The translations under genes and the position numbers were made by a program. A DNA stretch of 63,914 nt, the filler included, from Gonapodya sp. JEL0774 (Eukaryota), in assembly GCA_027604505.1 (NCBI GenBank). It is 53 parts of 53 records of this genome, joined end to end, with 100 filler letters (N's around TTAATTAATTAA, not from the genome) between each part and the next. Parts side by side here need not be neighbours in the genome. Positions count along the whole stretch, not along the records: positions 61,617 to 62,715 come from JADIIX010003896.1; positions 62,816 to 63,914 come from JADIIX010003897.1; 51 more parts are not named here. One strand, given 5' to 3'. Of the stretch, positions 61,617 through 63,914 are shown in pieces. The first letter of the stretch is position 1. Every line of letters begins with the position of its first letter. A model generated the notes under the pieces. That model ran no database searches. It had not been told where the DNA came from and was given only the letters and a program-made list of their open reading frames with translations.

Positions 61617-62617
61617 GCGACATTGCCACCGTCATTGGTGTCTGCAGTCCAGGTCCACGCTGGCAGCGCAGGGGAGCTTGCCGGTGGGGCAGGCGTGGTG
61701 AATGCGTTTTCACTGAAGATTGACATGCTGTCAGAGAGTTCATGGTCGTCATCGGAGTCGGAGAAAAGGGTGAATGGCGCGGGAAATTTTGGCTGCTGAC
61801 TCTGCCATGGCAGATCAAGCACTTGTGGCTGCTGCGTTGGTGGATACTCAGGAGAGGCATATAGTGCTTGCTGTGATATTGGAGCTATACCAGCTAGTGG
61901 CTCAGTAGATAAGATGTTGGTGATCGACGCGGAGCTGGAATCCTGACGGGGACCCCACAAATCTGCGAGGATGGTTGCGGGGTAGCCGGCATTGATAAGG
62001 CTTGGATTCTGCGTGGTTGAGAAGGTTTAGGTAGCCAGAGAGGCCTGATCACAAAACCACCCACTTGCGTGCGAACCGGGGTCTGGAAGGATACCCCGTC
62101 CATCTGTTGCAAGCCGGCCGATACGACCCCCACCGACTCAAATTCGATGATACTAGGCCAACACAAACTGTTATGTGCCTCTTGGCTGGAATGACGAAGG
62201 GTCGGTGGTGGTGCAGCATAGTGCTACCATCAGTTCAGAGATAAAGGAGAGCAAAGAAATCAATCAATTAGCGAGAACAGGGACAAAGGAGCCGTGTTGT
62301 CTACGTACGTGATTCTCTGTCATGCTGGTACCCCCCAGTGGCCAAGTCGCACTATTGGTGTCCGTGGTTGGCTGGAACAAAGAAGCCGGTGCTTGCCCTG
62401 CATCAAGATAAGCCAGATCAAAACCCTGCGAGGGTTCACGAGCACTGAGTGATGTCAACAGCAGATTTTGGGACGAGGACAAAGGCTCCGGTAAGAAGAT
62501 CGAGCTTTCGCTGGAGGTAGAGGACACCGGTGATGGAAGTCGTGGGCAAAATATATCTGAGCCCGAGTCGGACGTGTCATCATGAGATGACTCTGAGTCC
62601 ATGTCTGAGAGAGCCAT
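61617..62617 (-). CDS. Hypothetical Ser/Asp-rich protein
   Basis: Open frames 62264-62617 and 61617-61960; exon joins unresolved. Confidence 0.3.
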
Positions 62618-62926
62618 GAGAGTGTTCGCAAAGGCTTCGAGCTCGGCTGGGGAAAGTGATCGATTACGTTGCTCATAGCGGAACGGCTGATGCTGGGACA
62701 GAAGCTCGGTCTGACNNNNNNNNNNNNNNNNNNNNNNNNNNNNNNNNNNNNNNNNNNNNTTAATTAATTAANNNNNNNNNNNNNNNNNNNNNNNNNNNNN
62801 NNNNNNNNNNNNNNNTTTATGATCCAAAAGTTTGGTACTGAAACTGTACCATTGGTAGTTCAGTGGTTTCTGATTGGGGTGAGGGGTGAGGAAACACGGC
62901 GGGCATGGCGAAAGAAGGGCGAGATG

Positions 62927-63773
62927 CTACAGAATAGTGCAGCAACGGGAAGTTTGTGCTTCTGTGGGAGGAGCAGGAGCGCTCACTGGGGCCTTTGGGG
63001 TGGTCGTTGGAGCTGAACGTTTCGCAGAGTGAGAAAGTACCGTGAAGGACGATTTGGGAAGCACTTACATTCAGGATCTGCATCTACGTGAGTTCGAATA
63101 ACAAGGTGTACAGTAGTGGTTTGCCCAGCAGGAATCTTGTTGGCTACAGTAGTGTTACGATCAGGAGGTGCATAACAACACAAGAGGTGAGCTCAGGGTG
63201 GTTACTCACACTCTAATGTGGTGCTTAACTGCTCCAAAAACTTTCCTCGGAATAGAATCCTAATTTGGCCCACCTCGCTGGGCTTCTCCGCTTCCCAGCC
63301 TTTGTAAAAGTAATCAGGTATGAGTTGGTTTCGCATCATAATCCCCCACGGGGGCTAGACCGAACCTGCTGGCCACGCCTGAAAAATTTTACTTCGTACC
63401 GCGTCAATAGAATCATTTGGGGCACAAAAGAGGTCGGTTTTCTTGCCGGAAACGAGTAAGAATCGGAGATTGACTTTGTCCTGCAATAGAGAGTCGAGGG
63501 GCATCGCGTGAGAAAGGGGAGAGTACAATGGTCCTTTGTCTACATCCTCCACGCTGGAGATGCGCGGAAATGTATAATTCATTGAAGCTTTGCGGACTTG
63601 AACTTCAATCGCTTTCGAACAGCACGATGTAGATATGCAAGACGACTACTGCACAACCGTCGGGTACGCACGCTGGGCACTTTCTCATTATGTACGACCC
63701 CTGCGTCCTCTGGAATGGTTTCGGAGGAAGTCGACTCCAGAGGTTCCACTGGCTCCTCATGTGGGGCCGCCAT
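62927..63773 (-). CDS. UBL3: Membrane-anchored ubiquitin-fold protein (UBL3/MUB), apparently complete
   Basis: KVNLRFLLVSGKK, KIFQAWP, IRILFRGKFL, TTTVHLVIR, C-terminal CCTIL-stop (CAAX). Confidence 0.9.
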
Positions 63774-63914
63774 CACGCCCCGGTTGCAAGAGACAGCGCT
63801 CTTGACGGCAGTAAAAATGCGGTGGTCTCACAGGCTCCAGAGAGGGTCTGTTGCCTTTAGCAGAAAAGGTGGGGCCGATCGTGTGTGGCAATCACGATGG
63901 CTGGCTTGTCGCGG

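Overview
This window is not one locus. It is 53 unlinked genomic fragments of about 1.1 kb, size-sorted from 1117 down to 1099 nt and joined by artificial 100-nt spacers (N44-TTAATTAATTAA-N44, stops in all six frames). Neighbourhood across spacers is meaningless, and every ORF ending in X...LIN is truncated. The DNA is from an intron-rich eukaryote with short GT-AG introns. Gene content (TOK-type K+ channel, ISN1, DMC1, UBL3, a long animal-like ZFC3H1) best fits an early-diverging, probably zoosporic, fungus; this is inference, not a database result. After manual splicing I recognise partial genes for Hsp70, ISN1, SAP30BP/HCNGP, HRD3/SEL1L, gluconokinase, NASP/Sim3, DMC1, TMEM53/DUF829, dynactin p150, an arrestin, an NTE1-like patatin, ALG7, a ZFC3H1-like protein, a TOK channel, a secreted DJ-1/PfpI protein, ING, a WD40 protein, an S1 protease with PAN-like modules, a Zn-ADH, a carboxylesterase, RPF2, ATE1, a BNA7-like hydrolase, an ABHD-like protein, a peroxisomal acyl-CoA synthetase, MOSC/mARC and UBL3. 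There are also LINE, Ty3/gypsy (x2) and Ty1/copia fragments. I found no rRNA, tRNA or CRISPR array, and no multi-gene system can be demonstrated from such fragments. The best leads are: an intronless F-box/LRR-like gene family (two paralogues plus a decayed LRR copy); a dispersed non-coding element end seen twice, once interrupting a gypsy pol; CpG-to-TpG decay limited to some repeats; a secreted Met/His-rich isocyanide-hydratase-like protein; a protease-PAN fusion; and an ABHD-like protein lacking its catalytic serine.
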